A stretch of 63,935 nt of DNA, the filler included, from Hausera hauseri (lineage: Eukaryota): the NCBI GenBank assembly GCA_046269625.1. It is 11 parts of 11 records of this genome, joined end to end, with 100 filler letters (N's around TTAATTAATTAA, not from the genome) between each part and the next. Parts side by side here need not be neighbours in the genome. Positions count along the whole stretch, not along the records: positions 21,829 to 26,136 come from JBJURY010644331.1; positions 26,237 to 30,235 come from JBJURY010829305.1; positions 30,336 to 35,117 come from JBJURY010437471.1; positions 35,218 to 39,327 come from JBJURY010754430.1; 7 more parts are not named here. One strand, written 5' to 3'. Below the pieces are notes generated by a model. That model saw only the letters and a program-made list of their open reading frames with translations. It had not been told where the DNA came from and did no database searches. Position 1 is the first letter of the stretch. The number at the start of each line of letters is the position of its first letter. This document shows positions 24,516 through 37,515 of this stretch, piece after piece. Made by a program: the position numbers and the translations under genes.

Positions 24516-26136
24516 TGTTGGGGCGAAAGCAGAAAGACAAAGCAGTGAGGTGTAGACGAACTATTGAAAGAAGCAAGTTTTTTATATGATTAAAACAGAA
24601 TGTGGAAAGAATACGTTTTGTAAGCTATTGCATCTTTGTATGGACAAGGTGTTGAATTTTGTCGACATTCTGTTCTCTACTGTATTTGCTGAAGGTAACC
24701 GTCTTATGTTTCTTACTGTGTTGTTTGATTGCTTGCTGAGTTGGTTGGGAAGAAGTTAAATTTTGATTTGATGTGTCAGCAGCTTGAGAACTAATCAGTA
24801 TAGCGTTTGGTGTAATGTTTTGAGTTGATGCAGGCTTTGGAGTAGCAGGTTGTCGTGCATGTAAAATGGGAGAAGAATTGAAAGAATCGAGAAAGTTTTG
24901 TGTGGATTCAGCTGAAAATTTCGGTGTATCAGCGACAAAGAATGCTGGTTTTACGTTATTTATGTGCACGTTTTGCTCTTTACCGTTTTTGAGTATGGTA
25001 ACTGTGTGTGAACTTAGGTTGAGGACTTTAAATGGTTCTAAATAGTTTGGTTGGAAACCTGTAGGTGAAGGGTTTTTTATCCAAACGAATTTTGCGTTGA
25101 ATAATGAATCAGGTATGTTTTGTCTCCATGTAATATTTTGCAAAAAGAATCCTGGCTTAACTGAACGAAGTGATTTTGTGCAGAACTAATTGTTTCGTCA
25201 GTTGGTGTATTATCCAAGTCGGTGAGCTCAAAAAGTGCGCGAATTGTGGTACCGAAAAGCGCTTCAGTGGGTGCGCAACCGATGGTAGTAGACGGCGTGT
25301 TGCGCCACCCGAGTAAGACAAAAGGGAGGATGGTTGTCCAATTTTTATGAGATTCGGCCAGGATTTTTAACGAGATCTTGAGAGTGCGATGGAAGCGTTC
25401 CAATAAGCCTTTCGACTGGGGATGATATGGAGTTGTGTGTATATGATTCATGCCCAGCCGATTAACTAAAGATTTGAATAGGTTCGATTCAAATTGGGGA
25501 CCTTGGTCTGTAATTATGTAGAGAGGTAAACCGAACCGGCTAATCCAAACCCTTATGAATGAGTCGGCATTGGCATCTGTATTGATGGAGCGCAAGGGGA
25601 CGGCTTCAGGCCAACGAGACGTGCGGTCCATCATTGTTAAGATGAATTGGTGGCCGTTATCGGAAGGTAATGGGCCAACGATATCTACATGAACTGACTC
25701 AAAACGGGATGTACATGGGGAATGAAATAATGGCGGTTTAAGATATTTAGCAACTTTGAATTTTTGGCAAGCTACGCATTGCCTAACCCAAATCTGTACA
25801 TTAGATCTCATGGATGGCCATGTTACATGGCGTTTGAGAAGGCGGAATGTAGCCTTGGAACCTGGATGATGAAAAGAATGGACATGTTTAAATGCAGTGT
25901 GTTGAAGGATAGATGCCAAAATTGGCAAATACTGTTCAGGTGTCGAAGTATCCATGGTTATTCCGTCGATGATTTGCACGAATTTATATTGTTTCAAGAT
26001 TTCGTTGGCAGGTGGATTTTGAATTAACTGATGCTTTGAAAATATTGGTGTGACGCTAGTTGCTCCAACTGACCGTGATAGGAAGTCAGCTATTAAATTG
26101 TCTGTTCCTGATATATGACAAATTTTGAAGTTGAAT
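24516..26136 (-). mobile_element. Ty3/gypsy retrotransposon 3' part (RNase H end, integrase, frameshifted C-terminal tail)
   Basis: HHPG zinc finger, CVAC, VHVDIVGPLP, ITDQGPQFES, YHPQSKGLLERFHRTLK, VHINNVKPA. Confidence 0.9.
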
Positions 26137-26379
26137 NNNNNNNNNNNNNNNNNNNNNNNNNNNNNNNNNNNNNNNNNNNNTTAATTAATTAANNNNNNNN
26201 NNNNNNNNNNNNNNNNNNNNNNNNNNNNNNNNNNNNAATAAGACCAACACTACTAAGTTCACACAAAACAGTAGGCCAAACTCACCAGCTACAAAAAACT
26301 GATTTCGCCGCTATGACACACTGCAAGTCCTAGCAAAGGCACCAACCTGCAAAAAGATAGCCTTTACATTTCCTTTGCT

Positions 26380-29300
26380 GTATTCACATTGGAAGCAGCA
26401 GTCGTCACTCCAACAAAGCAAAACATTAACTTTCTTATGGACACTGGCGCTGCAATCTCTTCACTGCCATCAACACAACACATCTAAAACAATTACACTT
26501 CACAAAAGCAACTGTTCACTGCGTCCGGTGAACCTTTACAAATTTTTGGAGTTACCAAATTAACGTTCACTCTTCCACACTTTTCAAACACATTCACATA
26601 GAAATTTACAGTAGACAATGTACGCACACCCATAGTGGATACAGACTTTCTGTCCCACTACAATTTACTTGTAGATTGCAAACAATGTTCCTTAAAGTGC
26701 GGAAATAATCCTAATCAAATTAGCAGCATTTCGATGACCACCCCGGCGATCGCTTCCAACAAGTCAATACCGAAGCAAACGACTTCCGATTTAAATTATT
26801 TTTATAATCATTTATTATACAGAAATTTTTACTACCGTAACAAATACGATATTGCCAACTGCGTGGCACATATTACTGATAGCACAGCTGCCAACACAAT
26901 CTTCAACACGAATATCCTGCACCAAATACCATCCAGTCACAACACCTCGTCTATAACTCATACCTCAATTGCATCCAGTCACGATGCATCGACACCATCT
27001 GATAACTTTTCATCGTTGCCTTCTGATCTACATCGATACATTTCGTCTTCCTGCACGCGTCTGTTGCAGAAGGACAAATCATACGTACCACCCCAATACA
27101 CCTTTCATCACATAGTAACAGTACATCAAAGATCAATTCGGCAAAAGGTCCGTACTCTATCGACTCGTCGCAGACAGGCAGTGGAGGCTGAGTTTCTCGA
27201 ACTGGAAAGATTAGGAATCATCAGAAGATCCAAATCCCCCTGGTCTTCACCATTGCATGTGGTTCCAAAAAAGATGGTACCTTTTGCCCTTGCGGTGATT
27301 ACCGCCAACTTAACACCATAACAACAATGGATGCCTACCCTCTACCATTAATCAGCAATATCCTTCACAGACTGCATAGTTCGACCATCTTTTCCTGCAT
27401 TGATTTACACAAAGCATACCACCAAATTCCGGTGGCCCCAGCAGACATTCCGAAAACGGCTGTCATTACACCTTTGGGCCTTTTCGAATACCTTTTTATG
27501 CCTTTTGGACTCCGTAGCGCTTCCCAGAACTTCCAAAGGCATATTGATGCAGTCCTATCAGGTCTAGACTTTGCCTATCCCTGTATTGATGATATCTTAA
27601 TTGCATCATATTCTTCGAAACAACATTCTGAACATTTACACTTGATCTTCCAACGCTTGCACCAAAACAACTTGCAAATCAATTTTTTTAAATGCTCCTT
27701 TTTTCAACATGAGGTCAACTTCCTAGGACATGTTATTAGTTCCTCCGGACATTCATCTCAACCAGAGCGCATCACACAGCTCAAAATCCTACAGCTACCA
27801 CGTACATCAACAGAGATGCGTTCTTTCCTCGGAACCTTGCATTTTGTTCTTAAGTACGTTCCGCACTGCTCCACTCTAACCGCTTCATTTGCATTATTAA
27901 GCTCTGGCAAGAAGAAACAGCCTATTCAACGGACCGCTAAGCTAGTCAACGCTTTCGATCACCTCAAAGACAACTTAAAAACCGTGGAAATCCTATGCTA
28001 TCCAGACTCCCATGCAGAGCTCTTCTTAACCACGGACGCATCTACCAGAGCAGCAGGTGCTGTCCTCCATCAAGTCAAAAATGGATCCCATGAGCCATTG
28101 GAATTCTTTCTCGAAAATTCACAGTACAAGAGCAAAAATATTCCACCCTTGATCGAGAGTTGATTGAAATGGTTCTTGCCGTAAAACACATCATTTATCT
28201 GCTAACTGCACGAACTATTACAGTACAAACAAACCACAAGCCCTTGCTCCAAATTCTTACCATGAAATTGCCTTCTCCGCGTCAGGAGAGGCAAATATGG
28301 TATTAGTCAAAGTTTAATTTTGTAATCAAACACCTAAATGGAATTGACAATTTAGTAGCTTACTTCTTGTCCCGATCGGTCAGCTCGATTGATTTCACAC
28401 CAAGTTTTCCTCAATCCAAACTTCAACAAAACCAGCCACCTCCTGACATTCTTATATCTTCCCAATTGTGAAAAACCATCGACGATGTGGCCTTTGACAC
28501 TTTCAAACCTAATAATCGTAAAGTCATCCTTTCTGAATCGCTTCAAAATGAAGCGTTCAACAATTTTCATTCATTGCATCATCCCGGTGCCAAGGCCATT
28601 TTTCGACTCTTACGACGCCAAGTAGTATGGCTGTCGACGCGCTCTGATGTGCAGGCATGGTGAGGCAGTGTGTGGCATGCCAAAATTACAAAATTACTAA
28701 GCACTTAAAGCCATCACTATTTCATTTCCCCTGCACGTCTCGTTTCGAATCTGTTCACATTGACCTTGTTGGCCCATTACCCTTCGACAACGGACATCAG
28801 TTCATCCTCACTATGACGGACCGTTCCCCGTGATGGCCAGAGGCCGTCCCACTTCGGAGCACCAACGCAGAAACCATCGCAGACGTTTTCATCCGCACTT
28901 GGATCAACAGGTTTGGATCACCTCGCCACATCATCTCGGACCAATGTCTACAGTTCGAATCCAACCTATTTAAAGCCCTTGTCAATCGATTGGAAATTAA
29001 CCACATTCACACGTCAACATATCATCCCCAATCAAATGGCATTCTCAAACGCTTTCACCGAACTATGAAAACGTCTCTCAAAGTCCTCGCTGAGTCCAAT
29101 CGCAGTTGGACTACACTCCTTCCGTACGTTCTGACTGGCTGGTGGAACACACCATCTACTTCTACAGACTGTTTATCTGCAGGAGCATTATTTGATACTT
29201 CTATCAGACCATTATTCGAGCTGACTGAGCTGGACAATATTCCTACAGACGAAACCATACAAGCGGCACAGAGACACTTCGTTGAAATCAGCAAAGACTC

Positions 29301-29607
29301 ATTTTGCAGATTGTTACACTCAAATAAACCCTACATGCCCGACGATTTATATACTGCCAAGTTCATTTGGTTAAAGAATCAGACGCCGTGTGGTTTTCAA
29401 CCTCAGTATTTCGGCCCTTACAAAGTAATTCGCTTGCACTCTTACAACATCATCATTCTCAAAGACGACAAAGAAGTAACAGTCCACATCAACAACGATA
29501 AACCGGCTTTCTTCATCGACGATACGTCTCCCATCGAAGCCACTTCTCCACTAACATTTTTATACGACGCACAGCAATCCAACAATTCACCTTCCATCTC
29601 TCCTTAA
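26380..29607 (+). pseudogene. pol: Degraded Ty3/gypsy pol (protease, RT, RNase H, integrase)
   Basis: FLMDTGA, SPWSSPLHVVPKK, MPFGL, CIDDILI (YxDD mutated), LTTDAS, YHPQSNG; several frameshifts and stops. Confidence 0.92.
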
Positions 29608-30235
29608 TGTCTTAATCCACTTTCCCCTACGTTTTCTGCTAAAACTTCCACTTCAATTTCTTTTCACAATTCAGCCGCTTTCTCCCCATCCGATTTTGCA
29701 CCTTCAAGACTTCAAACACCTCCTCCATCCCCTGGTAACAACCTGTTTTTTCCTCTTACAATACCTCCTTTATCAAATACCATTTCGACTTCACCAATCT
29801 CTCCATGTACACCTTTCATCATTCCAACCTCTTGCATACCACCCGCCAACTATTTTTCTTTGCCTTCTCCATCTTATCGCTCTCTTTCGCCGTTTTTTTT
29901 CTCTCTCTCTATCCTTCTCCATCCACACCTTCGCCATCTTCGGCGCTTTCTTTCTCCTCACACGTCGTCTTCTACTCCTTTCATTTCCGTTCCACAACAC
30001 CCTTCTCTCTTTACTTCTATCCATATTTCTCTTCCTCTCTCTACCACTACCTCTCTTTCGTCTTCCACTCCAAATCTTTCTCGCAGTTCCATTCCGGCTT
30101 CTACTCCAACTTCTTTCCCTCCTCCTTTATCCACCACTACACCTTTAATCATCTCTTTGTCTTCAACAATCTCTCTTCCTCCTTCACCTTCTCCTTCTCT
30201 TTATTCTGATTCATCTTTGCACGACACAACACTCA
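29608..30235 (+). repeat. C/T-rich low-complexity tail (Ser/Pro/Thr-coding extension of integrase)
   Basis: Pyrimidine-rich and continuous with the integrase end. Confidence 0.55.
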
Positions 30236-30335
30236 NNNNNNNNNNNNNNNNNNNNNNNNNNNNNNNNNNNNNNNNNNNNTTAATTAATTAANNNNNNNNN
30301 NNNNNNNNNNNNNNNNNNNNNNNNNNNNNNNNNNN

Positions 30336-33300
30336 TCATTCTTTCGTTTGTGCTTTCGTTCGATCTTTCTTTCTTTCTTTCGTTGGGTCGTTCATTCGAT
30401 CCTCCGTTCGTTCTCTCGTTCTTTCGTTCGACCGTTCCTTCCTTCCTTCCTTCGTTTGTTCGTTCGTTCTTTCTTTCGTTCCTTCGTTCGTTCGTTCATT
30501 CTTTCGTTTGTGCTTTCGTTCGATCTTTCTTTCTTTCTTTCGTTGGGTCGTTCATTCGATCCTCCGTTCGTTTTCTCGTTCTTTCGTTCGACCGTTCCTT
30601 CCTTCCTTCCTTCGTTTGTTCGTTCGTTCTTTATTTCGTTCATTCATTCCTTCGTTCCTTCATTCGTTTGTTCGTTCGCTCGTTCTTTTGCTTCTTCCTT
30701 CTTTCCTTCGCTTTTTCGTTCATTCATTCATTCCTTCGTTCTTTCTTTCGTTCATACATTCTTTCCTTCTTTCCTTCGTTCTTTCGTACCTTCGTTCGTT
30801 CATTCTTTCGTTCGTTCTTTCGTTCGGACAATTGGTTGATCGTTCGTTCGTTCGTTTCTTCATTCGATCATGCGTTCTTTCTTTTGTTCGATCTTTCGTT
30901 CCTTCTTTCCTTCGTTCCTTCATTTTTTCATTCTTTCCTTCGTTCTTTCTTTCATTCTTTCCTTCGTTCCTTTGTTCCCTCATTCAATCCTTCTTTCTTT
31001 CTTTCGTTCGTTTTTTCCTTCGTTCTTTCTTACGTTCGTTCGTTCATTCTTTCGTTCCTTCTTTCGTTTGTACACTTATTTGCTCGTTCGTTCGTTCGTT
31101 TCTTCATTCGTTCGTTCTTTCTTTCTTTCGATCTTTCGTTCCTTCGTTCCTTCGTTCCTTCCTTCATTCATTCATTCGCTCTTTCATCCTTTCTTTCATT
31201 CTTTCCTTTATTCATTCGATCGTTCGTTCTTTCGTTCGATCTTTCGTTTTTTCATTTATTAGTTCGTTCTTTCGCTCGTTCTTTCGTTCGTTCATTCTTT
31301 CGTTCGTTCTTTCGTTCGTTCATTCATTCGTTCGNNNNNNNNNNNNNNNNNNNNNNNNNNNNNNNNNNNNNNNNNNNNNNNNNNNNNNNNNNNNNNNNNN
31401 NNNNNNNNNNNNNNNNNNNNNNNNNNNNNNNNNNTCGTTCGGTCGCTCATTCGATCCTTCGTTCGTTCGTTCGTTCTTTCGTTCGACTATTCCTTCCTTC
31501 GTTCGTTTCTTTTTTCTTTCATTCGTTCGTTCGTTCGTTCGTTATTCGTTCCTTCCTTTGTTCTTTCGTTCCTTCATTCGCTCATTCTTTCGTTCCTTCT
31601 TTGTTTCATTCTTTCCTTTGTTCTTTTGCTCGTTCGTTCGTCGTTTTTTCGATGATTCTTTCGTTCATTCGTTCTTTCTTTCCTTCGCTCCTTCGTTCCT
31701 TCATTCGTTCACTCGTTTCTTCGTTCGTTCATTCATTCCTTCGTTCTTTCTTTCGTTCGTACGTTCGTTCCTTCGATCTTTCGTTCTTTCGTACGTTTTT
31801 TCGTTCATTTCTTCGTTCATTCTTTCTTTCGTACAATTGTTTGCTCGTTCGTTCGTTCGTTTGTTCATTCGTTCATGTGTTCTTCCTTTCGTTCGATCTT
31901 TCGTTCCTTCTTTCATTCGTTCCTTCATTCGTTCATTTATACGTTTGGTCGTCCTTTCTTTTATTCTTTCCTTCGTTCATTCGATCGTTTGTTCTTTCGC
32001 TCGTTCGTTCTTTCGCTCTTTCGTTCGTTCTTTCTTTCTTTCTTTCGTTGGGTCGTTCATTCGATCGTACGTTCGTTCTCTCGTCCTTTCGTCCGACCGT
32101 TCCTTCCTTCCTTCGTTCGTTCGTTCGTTCGTTCGTTCCTTCGATCCGTTGTTCGTTCCTTCGTTCGTTCATTTATTCCTTCGATCTTTCTTTCTTTCGT
32201 ACGTTCTTTCGTTCATTCCTTCGTTCATTCTTTCTTTCGTACAATTGTTTGCTCGTTCGTTCGTTCGTTTGTTCATTCGTTCCTGTGTTCTTTCTTTCGT
32301 TCGATATTTCGTTCCTTCTTTCCTTCGTTCCTTCATTCGTTCATTCGCACGTTCGGTCGTCCTTTCTTTTATTCTTTCCTTCGTTCATTCGATCGTTTGT
32401 TCTTTCGCTCCTTCGTTCTTTCGCTCTTTCGTTCGTTCGCTTGTTCGTTCCTTTTTTCGTTCCTTCATTCGTTTATTCGTTCGTTCGTCCTTTCTTTGAA
32501 TCGTTCCTTCGTTCATTCGATCGTTCGTTTTTTCTTTCGTTCGTTCTTTCGCTCGTTCGTTCGTGCGTTTGTTCGTTCGTTTGTTCGTTCCTTCGTTCGT
32601 TCTTTTGATCGTTCGTTCGTGCTTGGGTTCGTTTGTTCGTTCCTTCCTTCGTTCCTTTGATCGTTCTTTCTTTAATTCTTTCCTTCATTCGTTCATTCTT
32701 TCGTTCCTTCTTTCTTTCATTCTTTCCTTCGTTCTTTCGTTCGTTCGTTCTTTCTTTCGTTCGTTGTTTCGTTTCTTCGTTCGGTCGTTCCTTCATTCGT
32801 TTGTACGCTCGTTCGTTCGTTCTTTCTTTCGTTCCTTCATTCCTTCGTTCCTTCATTCGTTTGTTCGTTCGCTTGTTTTTTCGCTTCTTCCTTCTTTCCT
32901 TCGCTTTTTCGTTCATTCGTTCATTCCTTCGTTCTTTCTTTCGTTCGTACTTTCGTTCGTTCATTCTTTCGTTCGTTCTTTCGTTCGGACATTTGTTTGA
33001 TCGTTCGCTCGTTCGTTTGTTCATTCGATTATGCGTTCTTTCTTTCGTTCGATCTTTCGTTCCTTCTTTCCTTCGTTCCTTCATTCTTTCATTCTTTCGT
33101 TCGTTCTTTCTTTCATTCTTTCCTTCGTTCTTTCGTTCCTTCCTTTGTTTCTTCGTTCGCTCATTCATTCCTTCTTTCTTTCTTTCGTTCGTTTGTTCCT
33201 TCTTTCTTTCTTACGTTCGTTCGTTCATTCCTTCGTTCTTCCTTTCGTTCGTACATTTGTTTGCTCGTTCGTTCGTTCGTTTCTTCATTCGTTCGTTCTT

Positions 33301-34697
33301 TCTTTCGTTCGATCTTTCGTTCCTTCGTTCCTTCCTTCACTCATTCATTTGTTCATTCATCCTTTCTTTCATTCTTTCCTTTGTTCATTCGATCGTTCGT
33401 TTTTTCGTTCGTTCTTTCGTTTGTTCATTCTTTCGTTCGTTCTTTCGTTCCTTCATTCATTAGTTCGTTCTTTCGCTCGTTCTTTCGTTCGTTCATTCTT
33501 TCGTTCGTTCTTTCGTTCGTTCATTCATTCGTTCGTTCCTTCGTACGATCTTTCTTTCATTCCTCCTTTCCTTCGGTTGTTCGTTTGTTCTATTGTTCTT
33601 TCGATCGTTCGTTCGTTCATTCTTTCGTTCTTTCTTTCGTTCGATCTTTCTTTCTTCCTTTCGTTCGGTCGCTCATTCGATCCTTCGTTCGTTCGTTCGT
33701 TCTTTCGTTCGACTATTCCTTCCTTCGTTCGTTTCTTCTTTCTTTCATTCGTTCGTTCGTTCGTTCGTTATTCGTTCCTTCCTTTGTTCTTTCGTTCCTT
33801 CATTCGTTCATTCTTTCGTTCCTTCTTTGTTTCATTCTTTCCTTCGTTCTTTAGCTCGTTTGTTCGTCGTTCTTTCGATCCTTGTTTCGTTCTTTCGTTC
33901 TTTCTTTCCTTCGCTCCTTCGATTCTTCTTTCCTTCGTTCGTTCCTTCGATTGTTCTTTCGTTCCTTCTTTCGATCCGTCGTTCGTTCCTTCGTTCCTTC
34001 ATCCGTTCATTCATTTCTTCGTTCTTTCCTTCATTCTTTCGTTTTTTCGTTCTTTCCTTTGTTCGTTCTTTCATTGCTTCTTTCGTTCTATCGTTCTTTG
34101 TTCATTCGTTGGTTCTTTCGGTCGCTCATTCGGTCTTTCCTTCGTTCGTACTTTCGTTCGTTCCTTCGCTCGGTCATTAAATCGATCGTTGTTTCGTTCG
34201 CTCATTCGATCCGTTGTTCGTTCCTTCGTTCGTTTATTCATTTCTTCGTTTTTTCTTTCATTCGTTCGTTCGTTCGTTCTTTCGTTCGTTCGTTCGTTCG
34301 TTCTTTCCTTCGCTTCTTCGTTCGTTCTTTCATTCATTTTTTTGTTCCTTCTTTCGTACGATCTTTCTTTCATTCCTTCTTTCGTTCGTTTGTTCGTTTG
34401 TTCTATCGTTCTTTCGTTTGTTCATTTGTTCGTTCTTTATTTTCTTCTTTCATTCGTTCGTTCTTTCATTCGTTTTTTCATTCGTTTGTTAGTTCCTTCC
34501 TTCTTTAGTTTATTCGTTAGTTCATTTGTTCCTTCTTTCGGTCTTTCTTTCTTGTGTTCTTTCTTTCTTTTGTTCAATCGTTCTTTCCTTATTTCGTTCG
34601 TTCATTCGTTCTTTCGTTCTTTCCTTCCTTCATTCTTACTTTCGTTCCTTCGTTCATTTGTTCCTTTTTCCGGTCTTTCTATGGTTCGTTCGTTCAA
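30336..34697 (+). repeat. Degenerate (TTCG/TTCN)n tetranucleotide satellite with higher-order duplications
   Basis: Continuous TTCG/TTCT/TTCC/TTCA units; 158-bp near-exact tandem duplication at the start; internal 100-N scaffold gap 31335-31434. Confidence 0.95.
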
Positions 34698-34967
34698 ATG
34701 TGCATTGATGTGAACGTCAACGGTCCGATTTTTGTCGGTGGAGTACGTGTACCGTTATTCCGTGCAATTTATCCGGAAAGGAACAAGTATACTGCTTGCG
34801 ACAATATCATTGTCAACCTCGATAATCCAATGTACCTACCTGTGGGATCTACATCTCCAAACAATGTTGAAGTGAATATCCGATGTGACGCGGGCTACCT
34901 CATTGAATTTTCGTACGGTACCACAACCAGTCTAACTCTTCATTTCCGTCAAATCCAACATGATTGA
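34698..34967 (+). CDS. Polinton/Maverick (adintovirus) minor capsid (penton) protein, C-terminal fragment
   Basis: VGGVRVPLFRAI..NPMYLPV....NNVEVNIRCDAG..I.F..G.TSLTLHFR matches the Polinton penton C-terminal signature. Confidence 0.78.
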   Translation: MCIDVNVNGPIFVGGVRVPLFRAIYPERNKYTACDNIIVNLDNPMYLPVGSTSPNNVEVNIRCDAGYLIEFSYGTTTSLTLHFRQIQHD

Positions 34968-35117
34968 TTCCGAAATCGTTTCCATTTACAGTAAACCCCA
35001 GCAGGGCGGTGAACTGCCGTATTTCGTTGGTAAGCAGTACGGCTCTGGATGGTTGCGTACATTGGCACGTTTAGCATTTCCGGTGTTGAAGCGTATTGGA
35101 GCCGTGGCAGCAAAAAC
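34960..35117 (+). CDS. Polinton/adintovirus virion core or membrane-active protein (QxGG / QxGxG type), truncated
   Basis: QQGGELPYFVGKQYGSGWLRTLARLAFPVLK, motif typical of the ORF following penton; 8-nt ATGATTGA overlap. Confidence 0.7.
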
Positions 35118-35244
35118 NNNNNNNNNNNNNNNNNNNNNNNNNNNNNNNNNNNNNNNNNNNNTTAATTAATTAANNNNNNNNNNNNNNNNNNNNNNNNNNN
35201 NNNNNNNNNNNNNNNNNATAAGATAAAATCAAAAATATAATAAC

Positions 35245-35885
35245 ATGAGAGTAGCATATGAGGAGATGAAGGAAATTGTTGATAAACTACAAACAGGGAG
35301 TTTGGAGACAAGTCAACGTAGTACAAAGAAGTCTATGGCAACTAAGGAGGACCCTATGAAGAAAGCTTTAGATGCGATTGAATCGATGGTAGAGAAGACT
35401 GATCTAAACAACAAATATCAAAATCTGAGAGCATCTGTTCAGTCTTTCACGGGAAAAGACCCGACAGCATTTCAAGTTTGGATAAACCAAATTAAACGTT
35501 TCTCGCATTTCGCAAAGTCGTCAGACTTAGAGAAAAAAGAAATTGCCTATATGTCTTCCGATGCGTTAGTGAATGATTTCATTCGCAGAAGATTGCAGTC
35601 CCACCCGATTGAAACATGGGAAGAACTGAAGAAAACTTTAGCTAGTAGATATGCAGAAGGTACGGACATGCAGTGTGCAATAGCAGCTTTACGGCGTATC
35701 CGACAGGACAAAGATGAACTTCCGCAGATGTACGGGATAGATTATTGAATATGGCAGAATCTGCGTATGTTACATTAGATCTCTCGTCCGATACTATCAG
35801 CCAGACACTGATACCTATTTTTACGGATGGTCTCCGGTGCAAGCGGACACGTATTAAGCTGATGAAGGATGAACATACCACTTAA
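35245..35885 (+). pseudogene. gag: LTR-retrotransposon gag (capsid) remnant
   Basis: SFTGKDPTAFQVWI, TWEELKKTLASRY, IRQDKDELPQMYG then frameshift to DRLLNMAESAY..FTDGL. Confidence 0.8.
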
Positions 35886-36594
35886 ACTCATAGGGAGGGA
35901 AGAGAAAGATGAATTATTCGAAAGGAGACAGTTGCGAGTAAAGATATAGCAACTGTTGGGAGGAGAGAAAAACATTGTAAAAACTTTTTTTTTCTTTTTT
36001 TCCCTTTATGTGGATTCGTCAGTGAAGCACACTGCGATTAATGAGTTGGAATCGTATAATTTTTTCTGATTGTTGGAATTGTGTTGAATTTTGTTTTGTG
36101 AACAATGAGAAATGATAATGAAGTATATATATACTTAGATGGAGTGCGAAATTTTTTTGAAAGTGAAGTGTTTCCTTTTGTACAACAATTGTAAACTTGC
36201 AGCACATATGGGAATATAATAAGATGAAAAATGTCATGAGAACATTTTGCTGATGTATGAAAATTTTTGTGACAAAATTTTTGGGTTATATCTGTATTAT
36301 ATTTTGATGAAGTTGTATGAAATTGTCAAATTTTTTGTTGTTGTTGTTGAAGAGGCATTGTAAAAATTCTTTTGATTGAAGATGGATTGTAAAAATTCTT
36401 TTGGTTGAAGAGGCATTGTAAAATGTTGTTGAAGAGAAATTGTAAAATTCTTTTTTTTTGCTTTTGCTTCTTATTGAAGAATTGTAAACTTAAGACGGAA
36501 AAGGGAGATAGAATAACAGGAAAAAGGGAAGTCAGAAGATCGCCAAATACCTGAGGGTAGATGTCTCTCTTCTTTTTGTGAAGGGAGGGGCATG

Positions 36595-37073
36595 TGTGGT
36601 AGGAATGAGAGACGAGGCAAATAAGTAAAGAGAAATAAATAAAACAAGTAAGGAAAAGTAAAGAGATCAGAATTAGACGAGTAAGTTCCCCTGATTTCTA
36701 GACGCTTCTGGAAAGATCGCGTTAGTGGTGAATACGCTGATCCGGGTTTTTCTCTCGTGAGTCACGTGAGAAAACAGAGGCCATTTTGTTTAACTGAACC
36801 AGGCAAGAAGAGTTGGAGCTCGTTTGTCGAAAAAGAAAGTAGTATTTGTTGTGAAGAAGTAATAAATGATATGTTAATAGTAGTTTTACAGAAGCTATTT
36901 GAATTGTTGGGAAAAGAATGAATTTTTGTTGTGATGATATAATGAATCTATACATTGGTTGTTTAGTTCGACCCCTGTTGTGATTTGAAATATAAATTTA
37001 GTTTATATACTAAATAAATGTGAGGATAGTGAACTCTATAGGTGATTATGATTTATAAATTGCTCATCCTACA
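36595..37073 (+). repeat. 3' LTR of internally deleted retrotransposon
   Basis: PPT GAAGGGAGGGG at 36580-36590; TGTGGTAGG start, probable CATCCTACA end; first 77 bp identical to 54118-54194. Confidence 0.7.
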
Positions 37074-37515
37074 AATCCCTCCGTACACCTATGCTCTTCA
37101 TGCCAATGTACCTTAAATGTATTGTAATTGCACGTATCGATTGTTAAAATGCGCAGTTTTAATTGTGATTTTATTCATTCCTTGCTGCAAATTTGTCGCA
37201 AATTTATCCTTCAAACAATAAATCTGTTCACTCAATGATACAAGTGTTTCTGAGTCTCATAACCTGCTGAAGATGAAAGGGTTTTTGCTTGTGCATGTTT
37301 GTTCATTTGTCCCTACCAAATATCTTCTAAACCACTAAAAACTTTGGATGAAATCAAAAGTGAGCTTTTTCTTCGTAACCCAGGTTGCTTTCACCAATCA
37401 ACAATCAAGCTGGTCCTAACTCCAGGGTTCCCTGTATCCTTATTTTCCGTTTAGCGGATTAGCGTTTTCGCTAACTTTGGAAACCCATGTGGGGGTTATA
37501 AGAGATAGTTTAGAG

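Noticed and set aside
30348-34713. Long ORFs (752, 663, 560 aa) of SFVR / ERTN repeats
   Set aside because: By-product of a stop-poor TTCG satellite; open in several frames at once with no domain content
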